The notes below the pieces were generated by a model. That model made no database searches and had not been told where the DNA came from. It was given only the letters and a program-made list of their open reading frames with translations. Source: Malacoraja senta (taxonomy: Eukaryota). Taken from it: a stretch of DNA of 64,000 bases. Made by a program: the position numbers and the translations under genes. The stretch spans positions 13,890,001 through 13,954,000 of the forward strand of contig CM075989.1 in assembly GCA_038087875.1 (NCBI GenBank), read 5' to 3'. This document shows, one piece after another, positions 10,790-24,770 of this stretch. Numbering within the stretch: position 1 is the first letter of the stretch; each line of letters starts with the position of its first letter.

Positions 10790-11990
10790 CTCTGATGTGC
10801 TCTTATAGCCAGTTTTTATATGCCCGGCCTTGTTTCTGGCCAAAGGTGACTCCCAGAATGCTGATGGTGGGTTGCCCATGGTTGCATTGCCAATGAAAGT
10901 CAAGAGTAGGTGGGTAAACCATTAGTGATGGTTATATGGTTATTGGATTGTATTTTTGAAGCACAAATGTTACTTGTCCCTTATTAACTCACATCTGAGT
11001 ATTGTCCAGATCTTGCTCCATGCAGGCATGGGCTGCTTCATGTACTGAAGACCTGCACAAGAAATGGAATTGTCATTACTAGACTTCCCTGCTCCTGACC
11101 CGATGATAGACGGAACATCACTGATGCTGCAACTAAAGATGATCAACCTGAGGAATTCTAGTGGTGATGTCATTGAGCGAGGATGATAACCAACAATCAC
11201 AGTTGGTATACTGCCACAATGATTTCAAGGACTGTCATGTGCCCTTTAGAATTCAGCCCTTTGCTCATTACTTGGACCAAAACCTACATAAGGTTTTTCC
11301 ACTGTATCTCAGTGCACATGATAACAATAAACCAATACCAATATCACGAGGTGCCAGCCTAGGGAAGCTGTCACACTGCACTGTTCAGCATTTTAAGATA
11401 AGCCTAGTGCTGCTCCTGGCATCTGTGCTTCAAAAGTGCACTCCAGTGATCGTCTCCAATAAAGGAGAGTCTGCCAACTCTGATTTGCTTTGGTATGCCT
11501 TTCTGGGACCCCCTCATTGACCTAGCTGCCCGCCAGCTTGATCGTACTATTTGGGTGAGAAGTCTGCCAGCCATGAGATTGCAGGTTGTGGTGGTGTACA
11601 TTCCCTTTGCTGTCGATGGGCCACAGAATTTTGTGGATGCCTAACTTGGAGCTGTTGGATATGTTCCAGGGCCTATCCCAACCAACACACTTATAGTATG
11701 GTACACTGGAGGGTGTCCTTGGTATAAATAGCTGACTTTCTCTCCATTAGGGTTTTCATGGTGACTTCTACCAGTGCTGTCATTAATAGATGTGCCTGTC
11801 GCAGTTTGCTTGGTGAGGTCAAGGAGGTCCACCATCAGTAATTGCCTGGTGAGATCCAGTCTGGCAGGTAAGTCCTACAGGACGCAGTTGGCTCCATCAG
11901 TGATGATATACCAACATCTCCTGGTCATAGATATTGAAGAATCCAGAGCTCATTCTGTCCTTCACCTTTTTCATTGCTTCTCCCAACAGC
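10790..11990 (-). mobile_element. Old non-LTR retrotransposon remnant (probably L2-clade)
   Basis: Decayed RT- and endonuclease-like sequence with no intact frame. The clade assignment is tentative. Confidence 0.4.
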
Positions 11991-12432
11991 CTCTGAAAAA
12001 CGTAGGATCCTAGATCTGCTGCATTCCTTGGCGCTCCAGTGCCCAGAGCAGAGGCGGAGCTCTCGGAGTGACACCAGGGACCTCAAGTCTCTTTTCAGGG
12101 ACAGGCAAAAGCACGGGGGAAAATAGCTGATGAAGCACTCCACCTCCCCGGCCCAACCTGCCTTCACCAGCCACCTCAAAATCAACAGTACAGGAGAGAA
12201 AGCGAGTCACCCTCAGCCCTCAGGGACTGCCGAAGGAAGAGTTGTCGTCTTGGTACTAAACACAGTGTGTGTACACAGTTATATTCCCTACATTATAGTG
12301 GTAACTACAATTCAAAGCTCTTCGCAACACCAAGAGATCTTGAACTTGCTAGATGGATCAGTACAAATGAATCAGAAGGATCAGATAGTTTAGGTAAATG
12401 GAGAGAAGGATAGCCAGACATCATATATTAAG

Positions 12433-12499
12433 ACAACCTATTTCCTTCGCTCCATAGATGCTGCTGCACCCGCTGAGTTTCTCCAGCATTTTTGTGTAC
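12433..12499 (+). mobile_element. Short Penelope-terminus copy with 14-bp TSD
   Basis: CATCATATATTAAG at 12419-12432 and 12500-12513 flanks CCTATTTCCTTCGCTCCATAGATGCTGC..GCTGAGTTTCTCCAGCATTTTTG. Confidence 0.8.
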
Positions 12500-15400
12500 C
12501 ATCATATATTAAGTGAAGTTTTATCTTTTGCTCTTTGGACTCAGCCACTAGGTGGAGTGTGAGGGCTCAGGGGCCACCCTACATAATTGCTGATGTATCT
12601 GTGCCCTTTCAGGCTCTGGTTGCACTGTGCAGCGAAATAAGCACCTTCTTACCCCCCAAAACCTATAATGTGAGCTGCATCTGCATTCTCCAACACATAT
12701 TGTTCCCTATTTGTCGTAGAGTGCATTTATAATTTGGTTGTAGTCTTGTAGCAATTTTAAGTGCAGACAAATGACATCAGTAGTTGTCATTACACTCTAT
12801 GTACAACATGACATCTAACTGGGAAGCAGAATTACTGAGTGTTAAATCAAATTACTGGGACTCGTAGTGGAATGAGCATTAATCACAGATAGGCTTTGGC
12901 CATGAATGTATAAATAACTATAAAGATGAAAAACACACCAATCAGCTCATTAGGGACACCTATTTAGGAATTTAGCAATCTTTGTTAGCAATTGTAAACA
13001 GCAAGATCTATTTCATTTTGGCATTTGAAACCAGAAAAAGTGTAGAAGAGCAATGAAAGCTGAGAAATTAACACCGGATCATCCATCCAGCTTTACAGTC
13101 ACATTCTCTGGGCAAAGATTACGGGAACACAATCAGAATCTTTATCCCCAAGGTGGGAGATAGTGCATTTTATGAAGTCAAATTCTGGTATGACATGTAC
13201 AGTAAATGGTAGATTTATTAGGAGTGCTGATGTGCAGTGTGATCTTGGGCTGATAGGCCATTGCTCGTTGAAAATGGCGACCAGATGGATAGGGTAGTGA
13301 AGAAGGCAAGGCGTTGAGTATGTTGGGACTTCATGGAGCTGTACAAAACATTGGTTAGGCCACACTGAGTTTAGTTTACCGCACTAAAGCAAAGATGCAG
13401 CAACTACAAAGAGAATGTAGAAGAGATTCAGCAGGATGTTGCCTGGAATAGATGCCTGTAGTTTTCAAGGAGAGTTAGATAGGCCGGATTTATTATCACT
13501 GGAGCAGAAGAGGCTGAGAGTTCTCTATTAGAACAAGTAGTGCTGGAACAGTGAGCAGCTCCTTTGGAAGTGGATTCCTTTAAATCTTTCCCCTCTCACT
13601 TTAAACCTATGCCCTCCAGCTTTAAACTCCCTGGCACTGGGGAAAAAAAATGTCAATTCATTAGTTTTTTATCTTGGCAAATTCTTCCAATTCTCAGGAA
13701 ATGGACTGATGCAGGACGATGTGTATTTAATCTAATTTTACTGATAGAACTGCCCTAAATGTAAAGGATCTTTATATTTGGGAAAACCCCCCAGCAATTT
13801 TAAGCAAAGATGGCATTTTGCTAAATCGGCTTTTATTTCTTATAAATGGAGTTATTCATGTCAATTTAATAATTTTGTAATTTGATATTGGCATAATCTA
13901 ATTTCATTCAGTATGATACAGCCCTCACTGAAAAGCTGTTTCTGACTGTTTTTGTATTTAATGCTGAATAACTTAAAATTCTCATTGCATTTCAACAATG
14001 TAGAAAAAAAGAAAAGTGAGGCAGGAAGAGCCATAAATTGCAATGGGGTCAGAAAGGCAAAAAGTTAGAATAAAATGTTGCGCTCATTCAGTTGTTACCC
14101 AAAGGAGGCGATTGGTATGCTCTGTATCCAGATCAGTACACTTTGCTGCATTCAGTTTGGAAAATAATTCCCTAAAGCATATGTGGAAACTTTGCCTTCT
14201 GTTTTTTTTTAGCAACTGGCAACTTCCTGAATAGTCAGCAGATAGTCAATTGCTGAGTTTCACACATCTCCCCGATACGGCATTCCTGGTCATGGTAATG
14301 GTTGCAGCTGACTGTAAAAGGTCATCTGAATGTACCTGAACATAACTCGAACTCCAGAGTGAACATATTCACTTGTGCATCTAGACCAACCTTTTCATTC
14401 CCCTCAATTCCCAATCTTACACTGGAGTAAGACCTCTGGAACCTCCTAGCAGCTCCTCTGGAATTGGATCATCGAGAGATGGTGGGAGCTGGCAATTACT
14501 GGGGTGTGACCAGATGACACGAGGGAAACTGTGGCTCAGATGTCACTACCAGTTATTCATTTCAGAACTCTCTACCCCTCCTTATTTCAACATTCTCAAT
14601 CCACACTCTTCCACAGTCCCAACAATTCTTTACACAAATTATTCTCTCTCTTCTTCCTCTTAGTGATGATATTATGCTTGCAGGGTATTGACTAGGAGGC
14701 ATGCATTTTAAAACTATTTTACTAATGAAAAACGTAAATATTTTTGAAACTTTGTCAGGACAATGCTTCAATGATAAGGATTAAATTTTCCTCTTGAATC
14801 TGCTTCAGGGTCATTGATCTGAAATGCTGACGTTTACTCTCTCTCCGTAGATGCTGCCTGACCTGCTGAATATTTTCCTCATTCTCTTGGTTTCTTCAGG
14901 TCCTTGATTTTAATTTCTGCACAAGATATTGACATATCTGGCATTTCTTGGCCATTGCCATTTGTCCCCAAACTGAGGAAGCTGTTGAGAACCAACCACA
15001 TTGACGTGTCTAGAATGACACATGGAGCAGACTGGGTAAGGACAACAGATTTCTTCCCCTGTAGGACATTAGTGAACTTTGTCACTTATTTATAATAATT
15101 CGATGGTTTCATTGTTGGGATTAGCATGAACTTAGTCTCAGGATCAATGCATTAGTGGTTCCAGATGTACCAGTAGTTTAATCATTAGTCATAGAAACAT
15201 ATAGTACCGAAACAAGCCCTACAGTGCAGCTCTTCCTTGACGACCAAGATATCTCATCTAAGGCTAGTCCGTTTTGGCCCATATCCCTCTAAATCTTTAC
15301 TATCCATGTACCTATACAAATGGTTGTTGTACCTGCCTCAAATGTTATGTGGGAATTTGCCGAGGTCGATTGGAAGAGTCTGTTTGCAGGTAAGGGATGG

Positions 15401-18400
15401 CAAACAATGTGGGGCTTTCAAAAGTGAGAGAGGAAGAATGCAGAGGCAGCATGTTCCTGTTAGAGTGAAGGGCAAGGCTGGCTAATTCAGGGAACTTTGG
15501 TTGATGAGAGATGTTGAAGCTCTGGTAATGGAAAAAAAAAGGGAGGCAGACGTCAGATTAAGGCAGTTGGGATCAAGTGAATCCCTCTGCGATATTAAAA
15601 GTGTAGAACAGTTGAGACAACAATTAGAAGGCAAAAAGAGGACATGAAATGGATCTGATAGGCACGGTAAAAGGAAAATCCCAAGATATTCTACAGCCAT
15701 ATGAAGAGTAAAAGAGTGACTAGAGAAAGAACAGGTTCCCTTACAGATCATCATGGCTCTATTTGTGTGGAGCCCCAAGAGAAAAAATGCAATGAAATTT
15801 CGTTCAGATTTGCTTTTGTTGGTGTATTTTTGAATGACAATAAAGTCTTTGATTGATTGATTGATTGAAGAGAGGGGGGAGGTAGCAAATGCATATTTAT
15901 CATCCATTTTTACAGAGAAGATCATGAAAGCTAGGGTATTGAAGCATAAGGGTTGTGATGTCTTAAATCATATACAAAAGGGGAGGTATCAGCGGTTTTA
16001 AAATGCAATAAATCCCCAGGGCCTGACCAAATGAAAAACTCAGACCTTGTGGGAAGCTCAGGAGGAAATCTCCGAGAACCAACTTTGCCCACTCAAGATA
16101 TGTTGTAGCAAAAGACTCATTGACGCAATGAATGAAACCACTTTGTCACAAGAAAGTCACTTTGAAAATGGAAGTTTCAATTTTCTCTTCATGGTCCCTA
16201 TGAATTTAGTATTTCCTTTCCTTTACATTCAGAAGAGTGTGGACCAAGACAAATGCATGGGAGGGTAGTATCAACAATAGTGTAACTGATTACTTACTCT
16301 CTGGTGAAGAGGAGAGTCTCCTGGATGTTAAGAATCAGATGCTTGACAGCTCTGTAATCCCTGTAAAATTCCATGACAATTCTAAAGTGTCAATTCAGTT
16401 TGCAACAAATAATAATGTGATCAACAGCAATGTGGGGCTGCAGCAAAATAAATAGAAGCAGATTTGAAAGTACACATAGGATCCACAATTTCAAGGTTTT
16501 CTGATCAGTAAATCATGGACTGTCGAAGAATATTTCAGATCTGGCTTAATTTGGAATGCAGAGGCTAGATGGAGCTGACATGGACACTGAAATTGTTCAG
16601 CCCTTCTAGTTTCCTCTATGCTGAAGAGCAGTGATTTGATCCATGCGAATGATTCAATCGTAACAGTTTGTTGCACGTAGAAGGTGAAAGTGGGGAAAAA
16701 TGAATGATGGGGTATGTGCAGAGGAAATGAAGAAATCCATGGGCGTTTCCTGGAGAGGCAAGGTTTATATGTGAGAGCCTATGGGGCTGTGATAAAAAGC
16801 TTTAAAACCTAAGAGCGACCACAAACACTCAAAGACCATTCAGCTGCTGATGTAGAGACCATTCAGCTGCTGATGGTCTTCCACCATAGCTTTGAACTCC
16901 CTTACCAACTTGAATCCCATAACCTTCCCAAATATTTTGCCAATGTTATCAACTCATCACTGAAGAGTTTTACTTTTCCCATTTAGTCTCACGGGGCAGG
17001 TTTACACTGAAGTTATTGTTTTACTTATCTTGGTCAGTACAGTCCCACCCTACATGCCGGCTGCTGCTAATGTGGTTCACCCACCATACAGCAGGAAGGC
17101 AGGAGCAATCAACCAAGAGGGAGAGTTTGGAAATGGCATGGTAATGAACGGAAAGCAAGAGAAGCAAGAGAAACAGCTGCAAAAGCACAAAACTCTGCAG
17201 CTATTGAAGCAGGAAGATTTCCATGAAAGTGTATGCCCGAGAGAGTTAGAACGCCTAGCATGATTTAAGTGTAAAATATACAAATTATTTCAATGAAAGT
17301 TGCAAATGGTCATTGCCATTTTCCAGATGCCAGTAATCAGTAGATTGTCAAGCAGAAGGGACGGCACCTTTTGCTTGAAGTATCTGAATGAAACCCACAC
17401 CTCTTTATAAATGGACCTTACAAACGTAGGCTGGCAGAGTTGGGCCTATTGCCAGAATGGCCCCATGTACTGTCCAAACAGTCTGCTTCCATAGACTGCT
17501 AAACTAGTCATCAGTTGTAGCAATCCCTTTCCACAAAAATAGTGACCTCCACTTAAAGCAATTAGGCAGATGTCAGCATACTTACTGAGGCCCTCAAACC
17601 TCTTTTAATGTGTTCAATTTGTCTATGCAACTTTAAAGAAAGAAAATCAGATGCTGGAAACCCAAAATAAAAAGTGAAAACACTGGAAACACTCATCAGG
17701 TCAGGCAGCATATGTTAAAGAGAAATAGCTAACGTTGTAGGTCTCGGAAGTGGAAGAGAGAGAAAAACAGCTGTTCGTTTTCAGGAGCAGACAATGTGGG
17801 AGAAAGCTGGGAAGTACCTCTGATAGGGTGAAACTAAACATGTTACTGGAGAGAGTTACCAATACATTGTTGTACTTATGCTTTACTTGCTTAACATACA
17901 TCACTGTTAGGAGAATCCGAGTCACTGATATATTCTATTCCCATGTTTAAAAAGCAAGTAGCTGAGTAAATTCTAGTCCACATTTGTCATTAACATTACA
18001 GCTGCATAGAGTAACGGATCAGCAAACTATGCTAAACTGTTATTTTTGCAAAACACAAAACATCAGGATGTATTGAAAGCACAGGAAATAATTTGCAAGT
18101 TCAGATACCCTTACAGACCATAAAAAGAACAGCTTCTGCCAAAAATAAATCCACTGTAATGCACACGTAAAAAAGATGTATTATTTTTATAGAACATAGA
18201 GTAGTACAGCACAGGACCAGGCCCTCAGCCCACCATGGCTATGCTGAGCATGATAGAAATCTAAACAAATTCTATCCACTGGCACATGGTCTGTATCCCT
18301 CTATGTGTGTGTCCAAAAGCTTCTTAATCTTTGCTATTACATCTGCTTCTACAACTTTCCTTTCAGCCTGTTCTGGACACCTCCGCTTAAAGAAAACTTG

Positions 18401-19074
18401 CCTCATTAAATCTCCTTTAAACTTTCCACTACTCACCTTAAACCTTCACCCTCTAGTATATGGCACAGTTTTCAAAGTTCAGAGGTTTGAGGGCAGGGTT
18501 TGCTTTGGTCTGCCCTCCACCTTGTTACACTGATTGGAGTACCACTTGTTGCGGTTCCATTCCTACTCATTGATAAAAGTGGGTCTGTCTTTGTTCTGGC
18601 TCTAATTCCAAATGATGCAAAAAAAATCACCCATCACAATGGGTGATTTTCTTGACCTGAAACGTCGCCTATTTCCTTCGCTCCATAGATGCTGCCTCAC
18701 TCGCTGAGTTTTTGTCTACATCACAATTCTTGATAGTTTAGGCAACGAGGCAAAGCGTTCAGAAACAGCAACAGGTCGTGGATAGTGCAAGTCAGTGCCA
18801 GATGGAGTTCAGTGGGGGAGGGGAGAACTGCAAGACTATGCCCTTTGCATGCAAGACAGTCAAGACTGTTTGCTAAATAGAGGAAAGCCGAGACGTCTGG
18901 AAGAGTTAACGGCAAAAGTACATGAAGAAAGAACATAGTTAGCCTTCATCTCAAAGGCACAGCAAGACAAAGGGCCAGAAGTTTCTAAAAGCTCTTGTTT
19001 GCACTCTGCTATAGCTCCAATGTCACACCTTAGAAAGGATACATTGACGTTGGAGGGAGCTACCTGACAATTCA

Positions 19075-19381
19075 TTTTAGTTTGGTTTAGAGATACAGCA
19101 TAGAAACAGGCCCTTCAGTCCACAGAGTCCATGCTGACCAAGGATTACCCGTACACTAGTTCTATCTCACACACATCTTATCTAAGGGACAATTTACAGA
19201 AGCCAGTTAACTTACAAACCTGCATGTCTTTGGAATGCGGAAAGAAACCAGAGCACTCGGCGAACACCCATGTGGTCACAGGGAGAACGTACAAACTCCA
19301 CGCAGACAGCACCCGTAGTCAGGATCGAACAGGGCACTTTGGAGCTAAGGCAGAAACTCTACCGCTGTACCACCGTGGCAC
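19075..19381 (-). mobile_element. tRNA-derived V-SINE (HE1-like)
   Basis: Minus strand has an A/B-box-like head (ACGGTGGTACAGCGGTAGAG..GTTCGATCCTG), a V-domain (GTGGAGTTTGTACGTTCTCCCTGTGACC) and a CR1-like tail. Confidence 0.85.
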
Positions 19382-20134
19382 CAGAATAACCTGGCTAAAA
19401 GTTAGTTTATGAGGAAGGATTGTTCCATAATCTCTATATTGCTTTCAGTATAACTACACAGAGCCTTATGCACTGAAACATGCCACTCGGCCCAACTGAT
19501 CCAGACCGATGGTTAAGCTCCACAGAGCTTCTTCTACCCCTCTATTTCACTCACAACAGCAAAGCTGGTCAGTCCTTTCACCCTGCGGATTATTGAACTG
19601 CACTGCAACTGTATTATTTCACTGTCATTGCAGGTTTCACATTATTTCTCCTGCATCAAAAAGTAGTGGCTATTGCTGGCAAGGAAAGTGTTTACTGCCC
19701 TTCCCTAAAGTAATGTGAACTTCCTTCTTCAATTGTTGTAGTTCTTGTGTTAATTGGGAATTTCTGTATTTGACCCATTAATCATTTCAAAGACTGCTCT
19801 CTGTGTGTGACACGGTGGAGACATCTCATGCACCTCTGCCATTGTCTTTCAGGGTGATTGAGGCACGATGTTTGGGAGGAGATGTAAAACAAGCCCTGCT
19901 CAGTAGCTGCATCTTATAAATGGTACTAACTACAGCCCATTGCTCACATTGTTCCGAGGAATTGCTTTGTGCAGTTACAAATTAACAGGGCCAGTTCTAA
20001 CATGTGAAGGTGGGAAGTTTATTTGTGAAGGCGGTGGGGTGCAGGCATTATAACAAGAAGCTTCCAAATTATTGTCCTAAGGTAGAGGCATTTGATCACA
20101 ACACTGATCGGAGGTTCCCTCCTGATTGAGTTGA

Positions 20135-20445
20135 ACTGAATTGATTGAAAGATATAGCATGGGAACAGGTCCTTCAGCCCACAGAATCCCACCGATCACC
20201 CGTTCCCACTAGTTCTATGTTGTCCCACTTTCTCATCTACTCCCTACACATTAGGGGTAATGTTACAGAGACCAATTAACCTACAAACCCGCATGTCTTT
20301 GGCACGTGGGAGGAAACAGGAGCATCCAGAGGAAACCCATGTGGTTACAAGGAGAACATTCAAACTCCACACAGACAGCACCTGAGGTGAGGATCAATCC
20401 CAGGTCTCCAGCACAGAGACAGCAGCTCTGCCAACTGTGCCACTG
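20135..20445 (-). mobile_element. V-SINE (HE1-like)
   Basis: Same head, V-domain and tail as 19075-19381. Confidence 0.8.
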
Positions 20446-20949
20446 TTGTGTCTGGTTGTCTGCAGGTATTCAGGCATTAAGTTCTCATTCAATGCAAGAG
20501 TTTCACTGTGGTGACCCCATATGTCCTTGATGGCAACAGGGAAATAAACTACTTAATTAATAGACATTAAATACATTATTCTGAGAGTTTGCAACGTATT
20601 ATGTGCCTCATGTTAACTCTCAAGTACTTAGGTGTGTGGAATGATACCACTGAATAAAGGGGGGGGGGGGGGTGGGGGAGGCAGCACTGGAACTTCCCAC
20701 ATGTGTATCGCAAACTGTCCCGGTACTGGTTAAGGGTTCCTTTAAATGACGTTCTTTTAAGGAAACATATTTGAGGAAGTAATGTAACTATAATTGCAGT
20801 CAATCATAAAGTACCAGGAATATGAAAAGTCTTACATATGCAAACTAAAAGGTTTGCATATCCAGTGAACAAAGCCATGTTGGCTGTCTCTAATTAGCCT
20901 CTTCACTTCCAAATGCAAATAAATCCTATCCCTACGCATTCTCTCCAAT

Positions 20950-22010
20950 AGCTTCCCAACCATTGATGTGATGCTCAGAGAGGAACAACACCAGCTGCTC
21001 TCCAGTCCTTCAGGACCTCGATGTGGCTAGTGACCATTCAAAGATCTTCTCTCTTGCCTCCCTCATTAATCTGGGATAGGTTACATCAAGCCCTGGGAGC
21101 TTAATGGCCTTCAAAACGCACAGCACCAACTTAGTGACATTTCTTGGCCCCTTCTGGCCCTTCAAACTCCCTGCTCAAGTTCTTTCTTGCTTTCTTTATA
21201 TTCTTCAAAAGTCCTGCCTGATTTCATCTTCCCTCTATTTACATATGCTTCCTTTTTCTTCTTGGAGAAAAATTACAATCCCTCTCTCTCTCACCATCCA
21301 AAGTCCCCTTATGTTGCCATCCTTGTCCCTCCGCCTTGCTGGAACATGTTGGGCCTGAATTCTGATCAGTTGGTCTATAAACCACTCTCACAAGTCTGAT
21401 GTGGAATTATCCAATAACAGCGGTTCCCAATTTACTCTCGTTAGCTCCTGTAATTAGCTCCTGATAATGTTGTCATTTGCTCTTACAACATTTTAGTGGT
21501 TTCCTCCAAGATCCAGTCTTGTCCTTACATTTTAAGATAGTTATCATTAAGGATTTGTGGTTAAGGAGAGGAGAGGATGCAGAAAAGATGCACAAGGATG
21601 TTGCCTGCATCAGTGGGCGTGCGTTATGAGGCAAGATTGGATAGGCTGAGACTGTTTTCCTTAAAAAGGAAGTTTAGGAGTGACCTTATAGAGGGCTATA
21701 AAATCACGAGAGGGTGGATAAGAGGAATGGTCAGTTTTTTCTCCTCAGAATAAGAGAGACTACAACTAGAGGGCACACGTTTGAAGTGAGAGGGGAAGGT
21801 TTAAAGGAGGTCTGAGCGGCAGAGTGGGTGGAAAGAGCAGCCATAGAAGGTGGTAGAGGCAGGTACAATGTTTAAAAAGACATTTGGACAAGTACATGGA
21901 TAGGAAAGGTTTAGAGGGAAACGGGCTAGATGCATATAGCTTAGGTAGGTACATTGGTTGGCATGGACGAGTTGGGCTGAAGGGCCTCTTTCCATGCTGT
22001 GTGGCTCTGT
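20950..22010. mobile_element. Cluster of degraded CR1 fragments (minus 20950-21540, plus 21570-22010)
   Basis: Decayed CR1 ORF2-like and 3'-tail sequence. Confidence 0.6.
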
Positions 22011-22455
22011 AAATCTATGAGGAAATGCACTTAAAATGTTATTCAACCAAGAAACCAGCTAAATGTTCAGGTGCTAAATAATGGGTTTATGGGGATCTTT
22101 AATACCTAAATGCACAGAGGTATACAGAAATTGGAATACAAAAGCAGCTCCTTCAACCCAACCAATTCACACAATGTTTATGCTCCACTCCAGCCTCTTC
22201 AAAGTCTTCCTCAACTACTATGGTGGATTCACAGTCGGAGTTCTACAACATAGAAACAGGTCCTTCGGCCCACCATATCCATGCTGATCTTTTCACCCAC
22301 CCACATTAACCCCATTTGTCTGTATCCTTCTATACCTTGTCAATTGAAGTATCCGTCTAAATACCTCTCTAACATAGCGTTGCATCCGGCTCCAACGCTG
22401 GCCACACGTTTCAGATATTAACCACTCTGTGAAAATAATTTACTCCTCAGCTAGA

Positions 22456-22740
22456 GGCCGCACAGTGGCGCAGCGGTAGAGTTGCTGCCTTACAACGCCA
22501 GATTCTGACTACGGGTGCTGTCCGTATGGAGTTTGTACGTTCTCCCCTTGACTGCTTAGGTTTTCACTGTGTTCTCTGGTTTCCTCCCACACTTCAAAGA
22601 TGGACAGGTAAGTAGGTTAATTGGCGTTGGTAAGTTGTAAAGATTGTCCCTTGTGTGTGTAGGTTAGTGCACGGGCGATCGTTGGTCGGCGTAGACACAG
22701 TGGGCTGAAAGGCCTGTTTCTGCATTGTATCCCTAAACTC
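22456..22740 (+). mobile_element. V-SINE (HE1-like) inserted in an old CR1 fragment
   Basis: GCACAGTGGCGCAGCGGTAGAGTTGCTGCC head, GGAGTTTGTACGTTCTCCCC V-domain and GGCCTGTTTC..TGTATC tail. Confidence 0.85.
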
Positions 22741-23312
22741 TACAATAAGATCCTCTTTAATACACCATCCTTCACTTTAGACTTGTGCTGTCTTATTTTC
22801 CCAAGCAAACTGAAAAGATTTTGACTATCAACCCTTTCTATGCCTCTCATAATAACGTATACTCAGTCAGTTCACCTCTCAGCCATCTCTTTTTCCAGGG
22901 AAAACGAACCCAGCTGATTCAATCTTGCCCCATAACTAAAGTCCTCCAATCCAGGCAACATTCCCGGTGAATCTCCCCGGCACCCTCTCCAGTGCTTAGA
23001 TTTATTATTGATACATGTGAGAAGCTTTATTTTACATGCTCTTCAAATAGATCAGATATACCACGCATAAATATACTCGTCAAACTCGAGTACAATAGAT
23101 AGATCAAAGGGGACAACACAGTCACATACTTCCTACAATGTGATGATCAGAACGACACATAAAACCCCTGCGGATTAGTTAGTGTTTTGTTCAGGGGATG
23201 CCTCTGAACTTTGAGACAGACTCAACTATCATGCCTGGTTATCCTTAAGAAAGCTTTAAAATTCAGAGCATGGGTCGAGCACAATGTGAAATCATTAAAA
23301 AAATCCTCAATT

Positions 23313-23407
23313 GAGTCTGAAGAAGGTTGCGGCCCAAAACGTTGCCTATTTCCTTCGCTCCATAGATGCTGCCTCACCCGCTGAGTTTCTCCAGCATTTT
23401 TGTCCAC
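23313..23407 (+). mobile_element. Short Penelope-terminus copy with 8-bp TSD
   Basis: CCTCAATT at 23305-23312 and 23408-23415. Begins GAGTCTGAAGAAGG. Confidence 0.75.
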
Positions 23408-23899
23408 CCTCAATTTGTATTAGTCTGCTTGCATTTACTGTGATTCAGATATCCCTATGGCCCTGTGGCTTTAGCTAAAGATCAAGTGCTGTGGCATGAA
23501 GTGAAATGCACTGATCTAGCTGCAGTGAATTTGATAATTTCTCTCTAATCCTAGACCCAGAAAGGTTACAAAGGTTATGAAATGGAACTGGGCACTTACG
23601 CTACGCTGTGGGCACCGTGGCTCTGGTGGAAAGTTGATGGCTTGCGAATGGCTCCTTGTCCCAGTCAATAAATAAACTTCAAAAAACCAAACTTCAGGCT
23701 GTTGATTAGCTTCCTCCTCAAAGGACTGTTTTACATAGATACAGAAATAATCATCCTGTTATGTTAGATATGTGCACTACCACAAACTGAGAGAAAAAGG
23801 GGAACTCAACTGTGTTCAGTAATTAGTTAGTCAGGTATAAATAGAAATAAAGGAAGTGCCTAGAAGTGCCCAGGGAAAAAACTTGAGCACTGTGCTAAT

Positions 23900-24770
23900 T
23901 TGGCACTAAAGTGGGTGGTATTTTAGATAGTGAAGATGGTTTGCAACAGGGTCTTGATATGTTGGGCAGGGGGTCTGAGGAATAGTTGATGGAATTTAAT
24001 GCAGATAAATGAGAGGTGTTGCATTTTGGGAACTCTAACATGGCAGTGAATGGTAGGACTCTGGGAAGTGTTGTGGAGCAGAGGGATCTAGGAGTGCAGG
24101 TACATAGTTCCTTGAAAGGGATTTCACAGGTAGATAGGCTGGTCAAAAAAGCTTTTGGCACGTTGGCCTTCTTCAGTCAGAGTATTGAATATAGAAGTGG
24201 GGAGGTCATGCTGCAGTTATAGAAGACGTTGGCGAGGCCCATTTAAAGCATTGTGTTCCATTTTGGTCACCATGTTATAGGAAAGATGTCATCAAGCTGG
24301 AAAGGGCGCTGAGAAGATTTACAAGGATGTTGCCAGGACTTGAGGGCCTGAGTTATAGAGAGAGATTGAGCAGGCTAGGACTTTATTCCTTGGTGACCAG
24401 GAGGATGTCAGGTAATCTTATAGAGAATTAGAAAATCATGAGAGGACTAGATCCAGTAAATGCACAGACTTTTGCCCAGAGAAAGGGAATCGAGAACCAG
24501 AGGACATGGGTTTAAGCTGAGATGGGAGAGTTTTAATTTGAACCTGAGGGGTACCTTTTAAAAAAAAAGATAAAAGCTAGTGGGTGTCTGGAATGAGCTG
24601 CTGGAAGAGGTAGTTGAGGCAGATACTATCACAATGTTTGAGAAACATTTGGACAAGTACATGGATAGGAAAGGTTTAGAGAGATATGGGTCAAACGTAA
24701 GCAGATGGGACTAGCATAGATGGGGCATGTTGGTTGGTGTGGGCAATTTGGCCCAAAGGGCCTGTTTCCA
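23900..24770 (+). mobile_element. CR1 3' fragment (RT C-terminus and tail)
   Basis: LHFGNSN..EQRDLGVQVHSSLK..QVDRLVKKAFGTLAF..IEYRS.EVMLQL, with frame disruptions. Confidence 0.85.

Noticed and set aside
17030..17263. 77-aa ORF with QEKQEKQ as a possible exon
   Set aside because: No recognisable homology and no convincing splice or partner-exon support.
22456..22520. tRNA genes at SINE heads (also 19381, 20445, 32866, 36688)
   Set aside because: tRNA-derived SINE heads that continue into V-domain and LINE-like tails; no complete cloverleaf.
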